63,385 nt of DNA, filler included, from Octopus bimaculoides (GCF_001194135.2; 5 parts of 4 records of this genome joined end to end with filler, not necessarily neighbours in it); one strand, 5' to 3'; positions 48,391 through 61,476 are shown, numbered from the whole stretch's first letter. Notes: generated by a model from the letters alone, not told the origin. Made by a program: numbers and translations.

Positions 48391-48539
48391 TTCGGGGGTC
48401 GAGTGCGCATTACGCCTCATTTTCCTTTTTTCATATTATCATTCGTTTATTTATTTTTCTGCTGATTCTATCTCCTTTTTGTAATTTTTTAGTTCCCCGT
48501 GTTTATGTTTGTTTTGTCTGTTTTGTCTCGATTTCTATG

Positions 48540-48735
48540 TAGCCTTTCATAGGTAACAAAAAATCGATCCCAAAATCTAATCAGTTCGTGCCTGTCATGT
48601 GGCCAAACATCCCTGAACGTTTCATCCGAATCTATCCAGCGGTTCTTGAGATATCTTCTCCACGGACAAACAAACAAACAAACACGACTGAAAACAATAC
48701 CTTCGCCTTCGCTAAGGCAGAGGTAGTTATAACTA
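48540..48735 (-). mobile_element. DINE-1/HINE-like non-autonomous DNA element end (Helentron- or Crypton-associated)
   Basis: Terminal hairpin ACCTTCGCCTT-CGCT-AAGGCAGAGGT (48699-48724), a (CAAA)n tract, and TTTCATCCGAATCTATCCAGCGGTTCTTGAGATATC; same architecture as DINE-1-type elements. Confidence 0.6.
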
Positions 48736-49875
48736 TAACTTACTGTGAAATTGTTCAATACTGCTTTTTTATAAAATACATTTTCAATAAATTTCATTAA
48801 AATCGCATTTTATCTAGCAGAAACCAGCATTTTTTTACTCAACACGATATTTCCATGAAATCCTATCTCACAGCACCCTAGATGTTTTCAAAGATTTGTT
48901 GGTTCCAAAATCCATATCGTAGGGTATCGCAACACCCTGCTTAGAAACAAATGTTTTATAGTATCAAGTAAACAGATTCAATAATTTGTAATTTTTATTA
49001 AACTTAAAGTCAACAGATACTGTGCAGACATAAACAAACTTGTTCCAGTCATGAACACTCTATAATTTCTTTGCTATACATATATCGAATATGTTCTTTT
49101 TTAAGATAATAGGTCACAATATGAGAGAGACCTGCTGCTATCTTTTGCAAGCTAAGAGATCGCATAAAAGCTTCACTTGTTTGTTTCTAAAAAGTGGCGT
49201 AATAATTTTTTAACTATTCTCTGAACTTGGTTAACTAGAAGTAACTATAAATGGCCAAGAGAAGCGCATTTTAAAATATATTCCAATATAAATGAATGTA
49301 AGCAAATTATGACCAGTGAATGCGTTGCATGTAGTCTCTGGATTTATTATAAGGACAAAAAGCTTTTATATAATAAATTATTAATTATGTCGATGTCAAA
49401 ATTATTCGACTGATATGGTCTTTGATAGTTTCTAGACTGAGTCTTTTGATGATGGTGAGGCTAAATAGCTCTTACCTTTTGTATTATATTTATTCCACAT
49501 TTCGAAGAATTTTGTTTCAGCATCTTAACCAGTGCTAGATGTTATGGAGAAACTCGTTACCTTGGCATTTATAAAGATGCAGTGACCCATTTAGATATCA
49601 TAGCAAAATCTTATCTTCATCTTATTCTTCTAGCAGAATGGAATGGCGTATTTTCAGTTCCCTGGTAAACTAATATCGTATATGGATCTATATATCTCGT
49701 TCGTTGGCGAATATAATAACTTTTGTATGGGAGATTTCTATCTCGAAAGTGCAGACTATTAATCTGCTCACTAGTTTTTAGTCCAGTTAGTTTGACGATT
49801 CATCACAGCATATGTGTATGTGTCTGTGTGCGCGTGTGTGTGTATCAGTATATACGTATATATATAAGTATATGC

Positions 49876-49938
<63 letters not shown>

Positions 49939-50196
49939 CATATTTACATGCGTATGAATGTATGTATGTATATGTGTGTATGCATGTCTGTATACAGTTA
50001 TGTATATGTCTGTGTGAGCTTATGTGTTTATGATCGCGCGACCATGTCACTGTCTGCAACATATCTTGTCGTTTACTTCCTCAGCTCGTGCGGAAGTGCG
50101 CTGAAGAATGCTGAATATTCTGAAGATAACTTTGTGCAAATTTCTGGACATCAAATTGAAAGTACGATACACAAATAGCTACATATACTAAACACA

Positions 50197-50237
<41 letters not shown>

Positions 50238-50582
50238 ACACACACATATGAATATATATATATNNNNNNNNNNNNNNNNNNNNNNNNNNNNNNNNNNNNN
50301 NNNNNNNNNNNNNNNNNNNNNNNNNNNNNNNNNNNNNNNNNNNNNNNNNNNNNNNNNNNNNNNNNNNNNNNNNNNNNNNNNNNNNNNNNNNNNNNNNNNN
50401 NNNNNNNNNNNNNNNNNNNNNNNNNNNNNNNNNNNNNNNNNNNNNNNNNNNNNNNNNNNNNNNNNNNNNNNNNNNNNNNNNNNNNNNNNNNNNNNNNNNN
50501 NNNNNNNNNNNNNNNNNNNNNNNNNNNNNNNTATATATATATAAAGAAAGGCAGAGGCAGTCAAGAGACAGATGGGCAGATA

Positions 50583-50583
50583 T

Positions 50584-50656
<73 letters not shown>

Positions 50657-50657
50657 A
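50583..50657. repeat. (GATA)n microsatellite
   Basis: Direct read. Confidence 0.95.
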
Positions 50658-51224
50658 ATGTTAGTTGGTTCATTCCTCCTCTTACATTTGATATCATATA
50701 TACAGATGAAGAGAGTAAACGAGCGATATATAGTTGACATAAGCGGAACGTGATGGGTACACATACTAGGTTTATGAGCAGACAATGAGTAAAGAAAGAT
50801 AGCACACTTACACACAATACGACAGAAAATTCTAGAGCCGGTGGAGTAAGAGAAAAATGAACAGAGGACGGAGCCAAGGAGGAGGAGAGGTGAGAGGAAA
50901 TGACAGGTAATTATGGCAGAAATTATACAAATGAGAATTTTAGTTTATCTAAAGGTAACGAATAATTTTCATTCGATAGTACGCATCATGTGACGAGGAT
51001 CCCACTTTTCTCTTTGTTAATAGCAAACATAAATTTTGGTTTTTTTATTTGATTTCTCCAGTCACGCTTTACAGTGTATAAAGGAAGCGGGAGAAAGAAA
51101 GAGTAAATGAGAGATATGGAGAGAGGTTATATCGAGCATTGGATTAAGTCCACAAACCAAAAGAATTGAATGCAGACGCGGGAACATCTGCAGGGTAGCT
51201 CGAAATGCAAAATATAACAACCAA

Positions 51225-51375
51225 ATTCATTCAAATCACACCCTTAATGTCTCTAAAATATCATATTGGACATTGTGGTTCCAGATATACAAAACGGTGG
51301 CATGATTACGATTGGGACGCCTTTTCATAACGTGTATGTTTAATCATGGCTGACCTGGTAGCTAAGCAATAACAA
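51225..51375 (+). mobile_element. Old SINE-like family I
   Basis: TTCAAATCACACCCTTAATGTCT..ATTGGACATTGTGGTTCCAGAT ... GGCTGACCTGGTAGCTAAGCAATAACAA. Confidence 0.45.
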
Positions 51376-51990
51376 GAGCTGAGAAAAGCAAGAGAGAATG
51401 CATAGAGGCTGTTGTACGTAATATTGAGATCAATAGTGAAAAGGCAACATGACCTTAACAGAGTGAGTGGTGAGAATTAAAGAGAAAAAAAAGAAATGTT
51501 TAAGTTGATCGTTTGATTGTATCTGATGTATGTAGTTGCTTCACTTAATTATCATTCATATTTAATGAATATAAAAACATTTCTAGATCTCTTACATGTC
51601 GCTGTATAAGAAGTTATGCACATATTGTACACAAACTATCATTCGCCTACACACACACACACACACACACACATGCATACACACACAAACATACACGCAT
51701 ACATATATGTACATAAACAGTCACACACATATACACACATAGGCACATACATATACATACATGAATAATTGTATTCCTTTGATGTACTGAACGGCATATT
51801 ATGAATACAAATCAGATAAATAAAACCATGGAATGTGGGCGAAATTCTTTATATATTGTATATATGTACGTCTGTACGTCTGTATTTCTAGAAGCGGCCG
51901 TGTGTAAAAACATCGTATTTTCCATTTCCCACCCTCGCCATATATACATACACACAGACGCACTCAGGCACACTCAGACACATATATATG

Positions 51991-52030
<40 letters not shown>

Positions 52031-53091
52031 NNNNNNNNNNNNNNNNNNNNNNNNNNNNNNNNNNNNNNNNNNNNNNNNNNNNNNNNNNNNNNNNNNNNNN
52101 NNNNNNNNNNNNNNNNNNNNNNNNNNNNNNNNNNNNNNNNNNNNNNNNNNNNNNNNNNNNNNNNNNNNNNNNNNNNNNNNNNNNNNNNNNNNNNNNNNNN
52201 NNNNNNNNNNNNNNNNNNNNNNNNNNNNNNNNNNNNNNNNNNNNNNNNNNNNNNNNNNNNNNNNNNNNNNNNNNNNNNNNNNNNNNNNNNNNNNNNNNNN
52301 NNNNNNNNNNNNNNNNNNNNNNNNNNNNNNNNNNNNNNNNNNNNNNNNNNNNNNNNNNNNNNNNNNNNNNNNNNNNNNNNNNNNNNNNNNNNNNNNNNNN
52401 NNNNNNNNNNNNNNNNNNNNNNNNNNNNNNNNNNNNNNNNNNNNNNNNNNNNNNNNNNNNNNNNNNNNNNNNNNNNNNNNNNNNNNNNNNNNNNNNNNNN
52501 NNNNNNNNNNNNNNNNNNNNNNNNNNNNNNNNNNNNNNNNNNNNNNNNNNNNNNNNNNNNNNNNNNNNNNNNNNNNNNNNNNNNNNNNNNNNNNNNNNNN
52601 NNNNNNNNNNNNNNNNNNNNNNNNNNNNNNNNNNTATATATATATATGTTCACATACACACATATACATACTCATATATATGTATATGTGTGTACGAGTA
52701 TATGTTTGTGCGTGAGTATGTTTGTGTGTGTTTGTGTGTGTTTGTGTGTGGGTGCGTTTGTGTGTATATGTGTGTGTGAGGAAGAGAAAGGGGGAGTTTG
52801 TGGGTATGCATATATTGTTGCATCTCGCTTATGTAATATGCTCAGTAGTCGATATTCAATCAACTAAAATTATCCAAGCGATTAGCAGCCAGAATATCCC
52901 TCTAAGGATGTTTAAGCATTCAGTAAAAGTGTGTAATAGAGATAAGTCCAGTAATATTTGTTGATCAGAACTTTTGGACGAATATAATGCTTAGAACCAA
53001 CTGGTGAGAGCAGCTGGCATATTTCTGACTTATTGCACCTCTCCAACGACATGTAATTATGCAGCATCAGTTGGCAAGTCATAGGGGTATC

Positions 53092-53093
<2 letters not shown>

Positions 53094-53163
<70 letters not shown>

Positions 53164-53250
53164 CGGACCAACGGGTGGATGGATGGATGGATGGATGGAT
53201 GGATGGATGGATGGATGGATGGATGGACTGATAGATAGGTAGATAGACAA
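53094..53250. repeat. Compound (GATA)n-(GGAT)n microsatellite
   Basis: Direct read. Confidence 0.95.
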
Positions 53251-53436
53251 ACAAGCAGATTGACATAGACAGACTGACAGACACATACATGTCATACAGA
53301 GTGTGTGCATAGTTTCGTATCAACCAATGTATAGACATTGATTTATAATTTTCAAGGCAAGTGTATGAAAGAGACTTTTTCATATGTTCACCAATAAAAA
53401 TGGACGGTATCTTGATCTATTTTGAATACACACACA

Positions 53437-53476
<40 letters not shown>

Positions 53477-54204
53477 TGCACTAATATAATCTTAGTAATT
53501 GCTTAAAAATCTCGGTCATCCTGGAAGAGAAAAAAGAATATAGAACAGAGTTACACACACCTTTGTAGCAGACGACTATATCACGTGGAATACACTCCAC
53601 GTGAAATACACTCCACAAGAGGTCGAGTAACTTGAATACAATTGTTGCCTTTAAATATAATTAAACTGTGTTGGCCAGCCTCCCACCATTAAATGGCAAA
53701 AACATTATGCTAGGCAGTGTATTATTTTAAAACCTGTTATTTAAATTTCTTTGGTACGTAATACATCTAATGCTGTAAATATACCGAATGCTTGTTCTGT
53801 TTGAATATGGAACAAAATGCAAGTGCCGAATTAATAGTACAAATTAATGGAAGTGCCTAATGCAAATAGTCTGAAACAGTCATTTATCAATGAAGCATTA
53901 AGCACCAAAAAGGTAAGTGAATCCAGGAATAGAGAAATTCTCTTTAAAGTAATTCACGCTGTTAACGTAGAATGCAAAGTCTGTATTATCACAAATCCAT
54001 ACCATTCTACCGCCTAGCAATTTATGCTTTTAATATTCACTACAAAGAGTCCAACATAAATACAAGAGGAAAAAGACTTTGGAACTTACTCTAGACAAAC
54101 TGAAGTTCCTCTTAAAGTCCACCTCCATTTAGCCATTTATAGATCATATTATAGATATAATAAATTGACTAAATAACTAGTGACATATGTATGTATGTTG
54201 GCGA

Positions 54205-54360
54205 TTTCCTTTCTTCTCTGGAATTATCTTTTTCTCCTGTCCGACGAAGAGCTATACTCGAAACGTCAAAAGCTCTCTCTTTTTACTGAACGTCAAACAA
54301 ATACATTCCTTCTTCACATTCTCTTGTTGTCGGTTAATTTTATTGTTCGTTTATTTGAAT
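54205..54360 (+). mobile_element. Short PLE-LTR-like element with hammerhead-like core
   Basis: CCGACGA-A-GAG-CTATA-CTC-GAAA-CGTCA ... TGAACGTC (54241-54295), followed by a pyrimidine-rich tail. Confidence 0.55.
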
Positions 54361-54415
54361 TTATTACACACACACACGCACACACACACGCACACACACA
54401 CAAATGTATATATAA

Positions 54416-54560
<145 letters not shown>

Positions 54561-54639
54561 TGTATATATGCATATACATATATGGAGTGAGTTGGGTGTC
54601 CATATATATCTTCATGTGCCTCTGTTTGTGTTTGGCGAG

Positions 54640-55540
54640 AAACTCACGCATGGGGAGGGCTCAGTGACAGGGTGCATTGTCGTTAGGAAGAGTCCAATTC
54701 TTCGCGCTTCACATATCCGGTCGCTTACGCCGAATGTCCTCAGATTGTTTCAGTAGAACGCTGGATTGACTGTCTAGCTTTGGAGGGCAAATTCTCACTG
54801 TACAATACCGCAGATGTCGAAAATACGGTAACATGCTCTTAATTGAGTTGCGACTTTGTCGAGCCTTCTTCAGTCGTGGATTTCAGTCTTCGATTATAAT
54901 AACTGCTACTTCGTCCCAGAGCCGTGCCCGTAGACCCAATTCTCGTCACCAGTATCATCCACGATATGAAGGATGTGTCAGTAGCGGCACAGTATCTACA
55001 GGTGGTGGGGAGAAACTTGGCAAAATCACTACACATGTTCAATTCAGACGTTAGGATTGTTTGCACAGATGCATACGGCAGACCAGTAACATCAGCAATG
55101 ACATTGATTGTCTTCTGACGATCTTCATACACAAGCTGATGAATTTTCTCCACATTTCTGGAGGTGACGCTCGTGGCAGGTCTTCCAGATCTCTTGTCGT
55201 CTTCCAGGGATGTTCTTCTGCTTTTGAAGCACCCGTACTACTCAAAATAGTACGTACGATCAATTGCCTTGTTGCCGTAAGCTTGCCGAAGCATGCACTG
55301 TGTCTGTCTAGCACACTTCTGAAGTTTAACGAAAAATTTCACGTTGGCTCTTTGTTCTAACGTCCCGTCCAAGAAAAAAATCGCAGACTACAGCATACAC
55401 GTGACCACAAAAACACAAATTTCACAACTTGCTAAGTTAACACAGCAATGTCTCCCGGCGCAGTGCCTGATGAAGGTCACTGCTAGTTCTCACTGTGCAT
55501 GCTATCACTTGTTAGCGAGTTACAGAACTAGTCTGTGAAC
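54640..55540 (-). mobile_element. Mariner transposon remnant (internally deleted)
   Basis: MEKIHQLVYEDRQKTI.VIADV.GL.YASVQTILT.ELNM...AKF (HTH region) and, further 3', KKARQSR..IK.ML..F.DI.GIV..EF...QTVN.AFY. Confidence 0.8.
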
Positions 55541-55556
55541 TTTGTATATATATATA

Positions 55557-56143
55557 TAACGTTCCAGATTTCTTCCGCTGCTTACAGCAGTGCTTGGAAG
55601 GAAGGTGTGAACTATGTGATCGTCGCATTGACGATGACAGAAAGTTGTCCTGGCAATATCTGCTCAAAGGCCTAAGCAAAGCGTATGGACAGGAGTTTAC
55701 GAACTGTACACAGGGGTACGAGTGGTTCAGACGTTTCTATGATTGCCGAAAAAATATCGATATTGGTGAAAGTTCTGGGAGACCGCAACCAGCAGAACTG
55801 AGAAAAACATCGCATTAGTTACAGTTCACTTCAGTCCATTATTACTGAAGATTTATGCATGAGACGCATGTCTGCTAAATTTGTGCCAAACTGCTTTCAG
55901 CTGACTAAAATGATACTCGAGTTTCAGTTACATATGATCTCCTTGACTGTGTCGAGAAAGATGAAAAACGTTTTGAAAACTTTACGTAGGCCTCTGAACA
56001 GGTATCACGAAGCTTTTGTCAAAATTTGATGCAGATTCTCTGCTCAATTTTCCCTGTCATGGTCATTGCGACGACCACACGCTACACACTTTACTTCCAA
56101 GCACTGCTGTAAACAATGAAAATAAGCTAGAACGTTAAAACTT
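55557..56143 (+). mobile_element. Non-autonomous mariner derivative with ~85-bp inverted ends
   Basis: L.KAYG.E.....Q.YEWF.RF...R.NI...ESSGRP and LCMRRMSAKFVP; 55557-55640 and 56054-56143 are reverse complements. Confidence 0.78.
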
Positions 56144-56283
56144 AGTGCACATACACAACAAAATTCAAGGTCAATCTTTGCGAAGCGGATTTAGTCGGCG
56201 TGCTTAGCTTCGCTGCTATGGCAAGAACGTTGATCGACGTTGGCTGAACAGAAGTTGTCACTAATTTTGAATTGAAAACGAGT

Positions 56284-58333
56284 AACTTTTATGGACTTCC
56301 TGAAATCCATAAATCCAAATAGATCCGCAACAGAAACATACTCCATATATAAAGATTCTCAAACCAACTGATCTCAAATTGCGTCCGACTGTTGCAGGAC
56401 CAGCATCAAGCACCGAAAGATTAAGCAACTTGTTTAACATCATTTTAAAACCTTTATGCATGTTAGTTCCCAGTTTCATCTGAGATGACACGGACTCCTT
56501 AAACCATATCCCAGAACGGGTAGATAAAGGGATAGTACTAGTTAGCGCTGACATGACTAGTCTCTACACAAATATTCCACATATATATTGACTAGAAACA
56601 GTACAATTCTTGACAAACAAACACCCGTAAAAGATTCAGGAGTGATTCTCAAAAGAATTTATATTTGAAGGTCTACAGATGGTACTGAAAAACTACTACT
56701 ACTTCTTGGATAATCAGTCCCACTGCGTGGCACCTTGTGCAAGTGTCTTCTACTATAGCCTCGGGCCGACCAAAGCCTTGTGAGTGGATTTGGTAGACGG
56801 AAACTGAAAGAAGCCCGTCGTATATATATATATATATATATNNNNNNNNNNNNNNNNNNNNNNNNNNNNNNNNNNNNNNNNNNNNNNNNNNNNNNNNNNN
56901 NNTGTGTGTGTGTTCGTGTGTGTGTGTGTATGTTTGTGTTTGTCCCCCAAACATTGCTTGACAACCGATTCTGGTGTGTTTACGTCCCCGTAACTTATCG
57001 GTTCGGCAGAAGCGACCGATAGAATAAGTACTAGGCTTACAAAGAATAAGTCCTAGGGTCGATTTGCTCGACTAAAGGCGGTGCTCCAGCATGGCCGCAG
57101 TCAAATGACTGAAACAAGTAAAAGAGTAAAAGAGTAAAAGAGATTATAAACAAATACAAGGCACTGCAATGGTGACGAAAGTCGCCCCAACATTTTCCAC
57201 ACTAGTAATGGGATACCTAACAGAAAATCTACACCCTATCCAGAACTACTTTTGACCACCACTTCCAAACTTATTTTATAGGAAACTGGAAAACATTATT
57301 CGATGATTACTTCATATTTTGGAACCAAAGTAAGGAGAACCTTACAAAATTCCTTGAATTTATAAATAGCATTCGTGTCACAATCCAATTCACTGTGGAA
57401 ATGAATGAAAAGGAACTCCCCATTCTGAATATTCTGATAATTAAAAGAAATGAAGCAGCTACAACTGACCGCTACTACAAGAACACAGAAACACACCAAT
57501 ATTTAGTTTATAGATGTTGCCATCCGTCCCATAGAAAAAAGAACATACCATTTAACATGGCAAGGCGCATATGCTCAACAGTCAAAAATACCGTTAGATG
57601 AGAGAAATGACAATATATTCCTTCAGAAACAAAGTTATCCCAAGTTAATTCAACATGCTATAACAAAAGCAAAAGAGATCCTGATTTCTACATTACACAG
57701 GCTAGGTGTGAAAACAAAATTAAAATTACAAATATTCCATTTGTAATCACCCACAATCCTAGAAACCACAACATCCTGTACTTAGCCAGACGATACCTCC
57801 CAATTCTGCATCAATCACCAAATCTTTAACGAATAGTTAAAAGATCACAAATTATCAACAGCCGCAGACAAACACTTAACCTCAAGAGACTCCTAACGAA
57901 GGTGCGATTCACATTTCAATAAGAAACTCTGCAAGTAACCAACTATGGAAACCCTCGTTGTGGGATATGTGAATTAACTCAGCAAGAGACAACCAAAAGA
58001 TTCAGGAATGGGAAGAAATTAAAAGTGAATGCAAACATGAATTGAAAAACAAAAATCCTCATCTACTGCATCACATGCCCACGATGCCAAGAAAACTACA
58101 TTGGAGGGACAGGAAGGAGACTGACCAGTCATGTAAATGTCCAAAAGCAAGAAATTAGAGATTCATCTCTCAGGAATATCCCATGCAGTGAACATCAAGA
58201 TATTTGTGCAAATGAAAAAATTTAAATATTCCTATAATACAGAATAAACGATGAAAATGTTCAACTACAAAAGGCAAAAGAAGAATACTTTATAAGAATT
58301 CTAAATCCGAAATCAAACAAACACTCCATATAA
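56284..58333 (+). mobile_element. Penelope-like retroelement (RT + C-terminal GIY-YIG), near full length, pseudogenised
   Basis: FYGLPEIHKS, LKLRPTVAGP..STERLS, SADMTSLYTNIPH, YKQIQGTAM.TKVAP, W..YFDD.FIFW, ELPILNILI, TD.YYK.TETHQYL....CHPSH.KKNIPFNMARRI; then LIYCITCPRC.ENYIG.TGR.L..., PCSEH..IC and E.YFI..LNP. Multiple stops and frameshifts. Confidence 0.93.
56715..57142 (+). mobile_element. 5'-truncated composite A/C SINE inserted in the PLE RT
   Basis: Starts CAGTCCCACTGCGTGG; has an internal (TA)n/gap/(TG)n; tail GGCGGTGCTCCAGCATGGCCGCAGTCAAATGACTGAAACAAG(TAAAAGAG)3. It splits the PLE peptide YYFLDN | YKQIQG. Confidence 0.93.
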
Positions 58334-58664
58334 TAAACAATGGTAAAAGAATATTTATGACTCACTCTCAAAGACAAATGACGAATAATTCATGAGGACC
58401 CTAAGTCAGAAAATAAACAATAGATAATTAACACTACAACTACTACAAAAATAACAGCTTCCTCGTTCATACATTGACGAAGAGTACTGTGTTTGAAAGG
58501 GCTAAACGAAAGCGCTCATATACTAGGAAAAAGATTTCTTCCTAAAAAGGTTAGTAAGATCCTGGTAAAAGATTTTAGAACTGTTTTTTTTTAAATAATT
58601 TTTTAAAGAACCTACTCAATCCCTTTTATACTTAAAAACTGTATTAAGTAATTTTCACAAAGGC

Positions 58665-59119
58665 TTTCAAATATATACATTTATATCTAATTATGGTTTC
58701 TTTGAATTTTTACTCAGAAATATATAATTAGTGAGCTTATAGCCCCCAAAAATGGTAACCAAATAAGGAATATTAGTTATTTAGATGTTAATGTAGTAAT
58801 TAAAGATAATAATGAAATATGTATTGGCATTTATAATAAAACAGAAGAGTTTGGTTCCCAAGTGGCTTCAATGCCATGGTTCAGTAGCAGAATTCCTTCT
58901 TTTATTGGTTATGATGTTTTTGCAGAGCAAATTGTCAGATATAGTACTATTATTAATAATGCTAATAACTTTTTGGATAGAATAAATAAACTGTTAGTGA
59001 AGCAAGGGTATAGATATAGTAAATTGGTTCAAAATTTTAATTGCTGTTTAGGTGGGAGACTTGAAATTTTAAATAAATATGGGGTAGTATCTAGTCTTCA
59101 ACTTAGCAAATATTTGTAA
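58665..59119 (+). mobile_element. PLE-type RT C-terminus ending without an endonuclease (Naiad-like)
   Basis: In-frame read from 58751: ISYLDVNV...IGIYNKTEEFGSQVASMPWFSSRIPSFIGYDVFAEQIVRYSTI....NF....NKLLVKQGY.YSKL...F..C...R..IL.KYG then stop. This matches the SYLD..../YDKRDDF.F.IVNFP..SSNIP...AYGVF.SQL.RY type thumb. Confidence 0.72.
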
Positions 59120-60177
59120 AGATTTGGAATATTTACGATTCAAGTTATTTGCTTACCACGTCACAGTTATTGTTTGAGACAGTTGAGGAAGTAGTAATTA
59201 CGTACTACGTCACCTATAGTTAAGATAATCTTTTAAGTACTAGAGATGACGGAAACAAGTGCTTTGAAAAAACCATGTAAGTGTTAATACTTTGTTGTTT
59301 TATTATCTTTTAAACAGTTTTAATTTAGCTTCAATCGTAGCAAGGTTTTATAATAATAGTTAATTACAGTTCCTATTTAATAAATTTAATGTTTCTATTA
59401 GTTACTGGTAAGTATACGTTAAGGCTTGTAAGAGCAATATATATTAATGAGTATATAGTGTTTTAACATTAACTTTTGAATAATGAGATAATGTATTTCA
59501 CTCATAATTATTATGTTGTTCGTTAAATTAAATTCATTCGTGTTTTGTTTTGGAGAGAATTGAAATAAATCTTTCACTTTTTTATAATAGTAGTAACTAT
59601 GGAAGACTGGTGGGATTATTATTTGTCGCTATTTAGTATATAATTTAGTTACTGTATGTTTACTTTTAATACCGATACAGATGTATATAGATTTATGTGT
59701 TTCTTTGTTGTACTTTAATTTAAAAGTTAGTGTTTAATTCAGTCTATATTTAGATTGAATGAATGTGGTTATTAAGCTTTCACTTTTATATTATACAATG
59801 GAAGATTGTAGGGAATACAATGTATGACTTAAAGATTTGGTCGCTGTTTAGTTACGTATTTAGGAGCTGGCTATTGATTTACTTATTAAAGTTATTTACC
59901 GACACTGTTGTACATAGGGTCAATGTGTTAGAAAGTTGTAGTTTCTTTGGTATGTTTGTTCGCAAACAACACTTCTTTTAGTGCTGTTGACACCGCCGGA
60001 TTGAATGGTACTGCCAAGGCGTCGAAACTATAATGACATCCGTGGGTCAGCCGATAATGGAGGTATGTTGGATTGTCAGTACGGCTGTTTTGTATATGTG
60101 AAATAATATTATAACACATCCTTTTCATATATATATATATATACATACACGCACGCACACACACACACACACACACA

Positions 60178-60273
<96 letters not shown>

Positions 60274-61307
60274 ACTGTCACTAAATGTGAGTAAGGTTCT
60301 AGGCCACACCTATATTGCTAGACATAAGAGCTAAAGTGATCTAATGTTCTAGTCAACGCACATGAATCTCGTATATATACACTAACAGAGACCTTAATTA
60401 TCCGAAAAATGCCGATCTAGAATTCTTAAATTTTTTATCAGTATTTTTGGGGCAATTAAGGTCCCTGTTGTGTGTACATGTGCGAGATTCATGTGCGTTA
60501 ACTAATATATCAGGGTTTGTGAATGTATAAATGTATCCAAAACTATTCTGCTGTTGAGTCATGAACAGAATCATGGACATTTTGGTTTGAAAATCTTCAG
60601 CTCATTTATCACAGCTTATTTATCAAACAATACTGAAGACATCATCATGGGACATACACTTTATTGTCTGCATTGGCAATATTTCATTTGGCTTGGAATT
60701 ATACAAAGCCACTTGAATGTTTGCAGACAAGTGAATAATGCAAGCGCAATCCTCTTGAATTGGTCAAAAATTACTCCTGGAATCATATAATCAACAATGT
60801 GCTCAATACTATGTAATTTCCAATGGCAGTTGTCTGGCAGAATCAATAATTAGACAAAATGCTGTATTTTATTCAACTGGGGCTCTTTAACGTTTGGATC
60901 CGATGCCAAATTCGACATCCATTCTCCCAGAGTGAATAAAATAAACTTCCAATCAAGTAATAGAGGGTTACATACTCATGTATTACCCTACCCCAAATAT
61001 GATTGAGATTAGATAAGAAAATAAATATTATAGAATTTTTTTAAATCATAGGTAATCGGTATAGATATGCGTCCATATATCTTTTATTAATTCATAGCGA
61101 CTTCACTAATATCAAGTCAGGACGGTTTCTATGATATAAATATTACTTGAAGTTTCCTGCAGGTTGATCTATTAGGTATTGAGAGGTGCACCTGTTAGTC
61201 AAATATGTATAACAGAAATAATAGTTGAATTGATATAACACTAACCCACACACATATATGTGTATATGTATGTAGGTATGTAGGTATGTAGGTATATAAA
61301 TACATAC

Positions 61308-61476
61308 CAATGGCTACAGCATCATGATCACGAACAGGAAAGCAGGAAAAGAAACCAAGAGAACAACAGTCTTCCTGCCAACCACCATTGTTCACATTGC
61401 AAATTCCCAGCTCGATTACGAGCTGGTTTAATAAGTCATGTTTATGCTCATATCCATATTGATTTTGATGGCCTGA
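61308..61476 (+). mobile_element. RTE-clade LINE 3' end (C2H2-like zinc knuckle)
   Basis: Translates ..RKRNQENNSLPANHHCSHCKFPARLRAGLISHVYAH, matching the RTE terminal motif C..C...CRSR.GL.SH...H. Confidence 0.65.

Noticed and set aside
49460-49665. Candidate small exons on both strands (ILTSARCYGETRYLGIYKD... on +; a 59-nt AG/GT-bounded block on -)
   Set aside because: The two candidates conflict, splice sites are partly weak and there is no recognisable homology; not supportable without RNA data.
53582-53617. Two CACGTG E-boxes in a 16-bp tandem duplication
   Set aside because: A small local duplication with no promoter context; could easily be chance.
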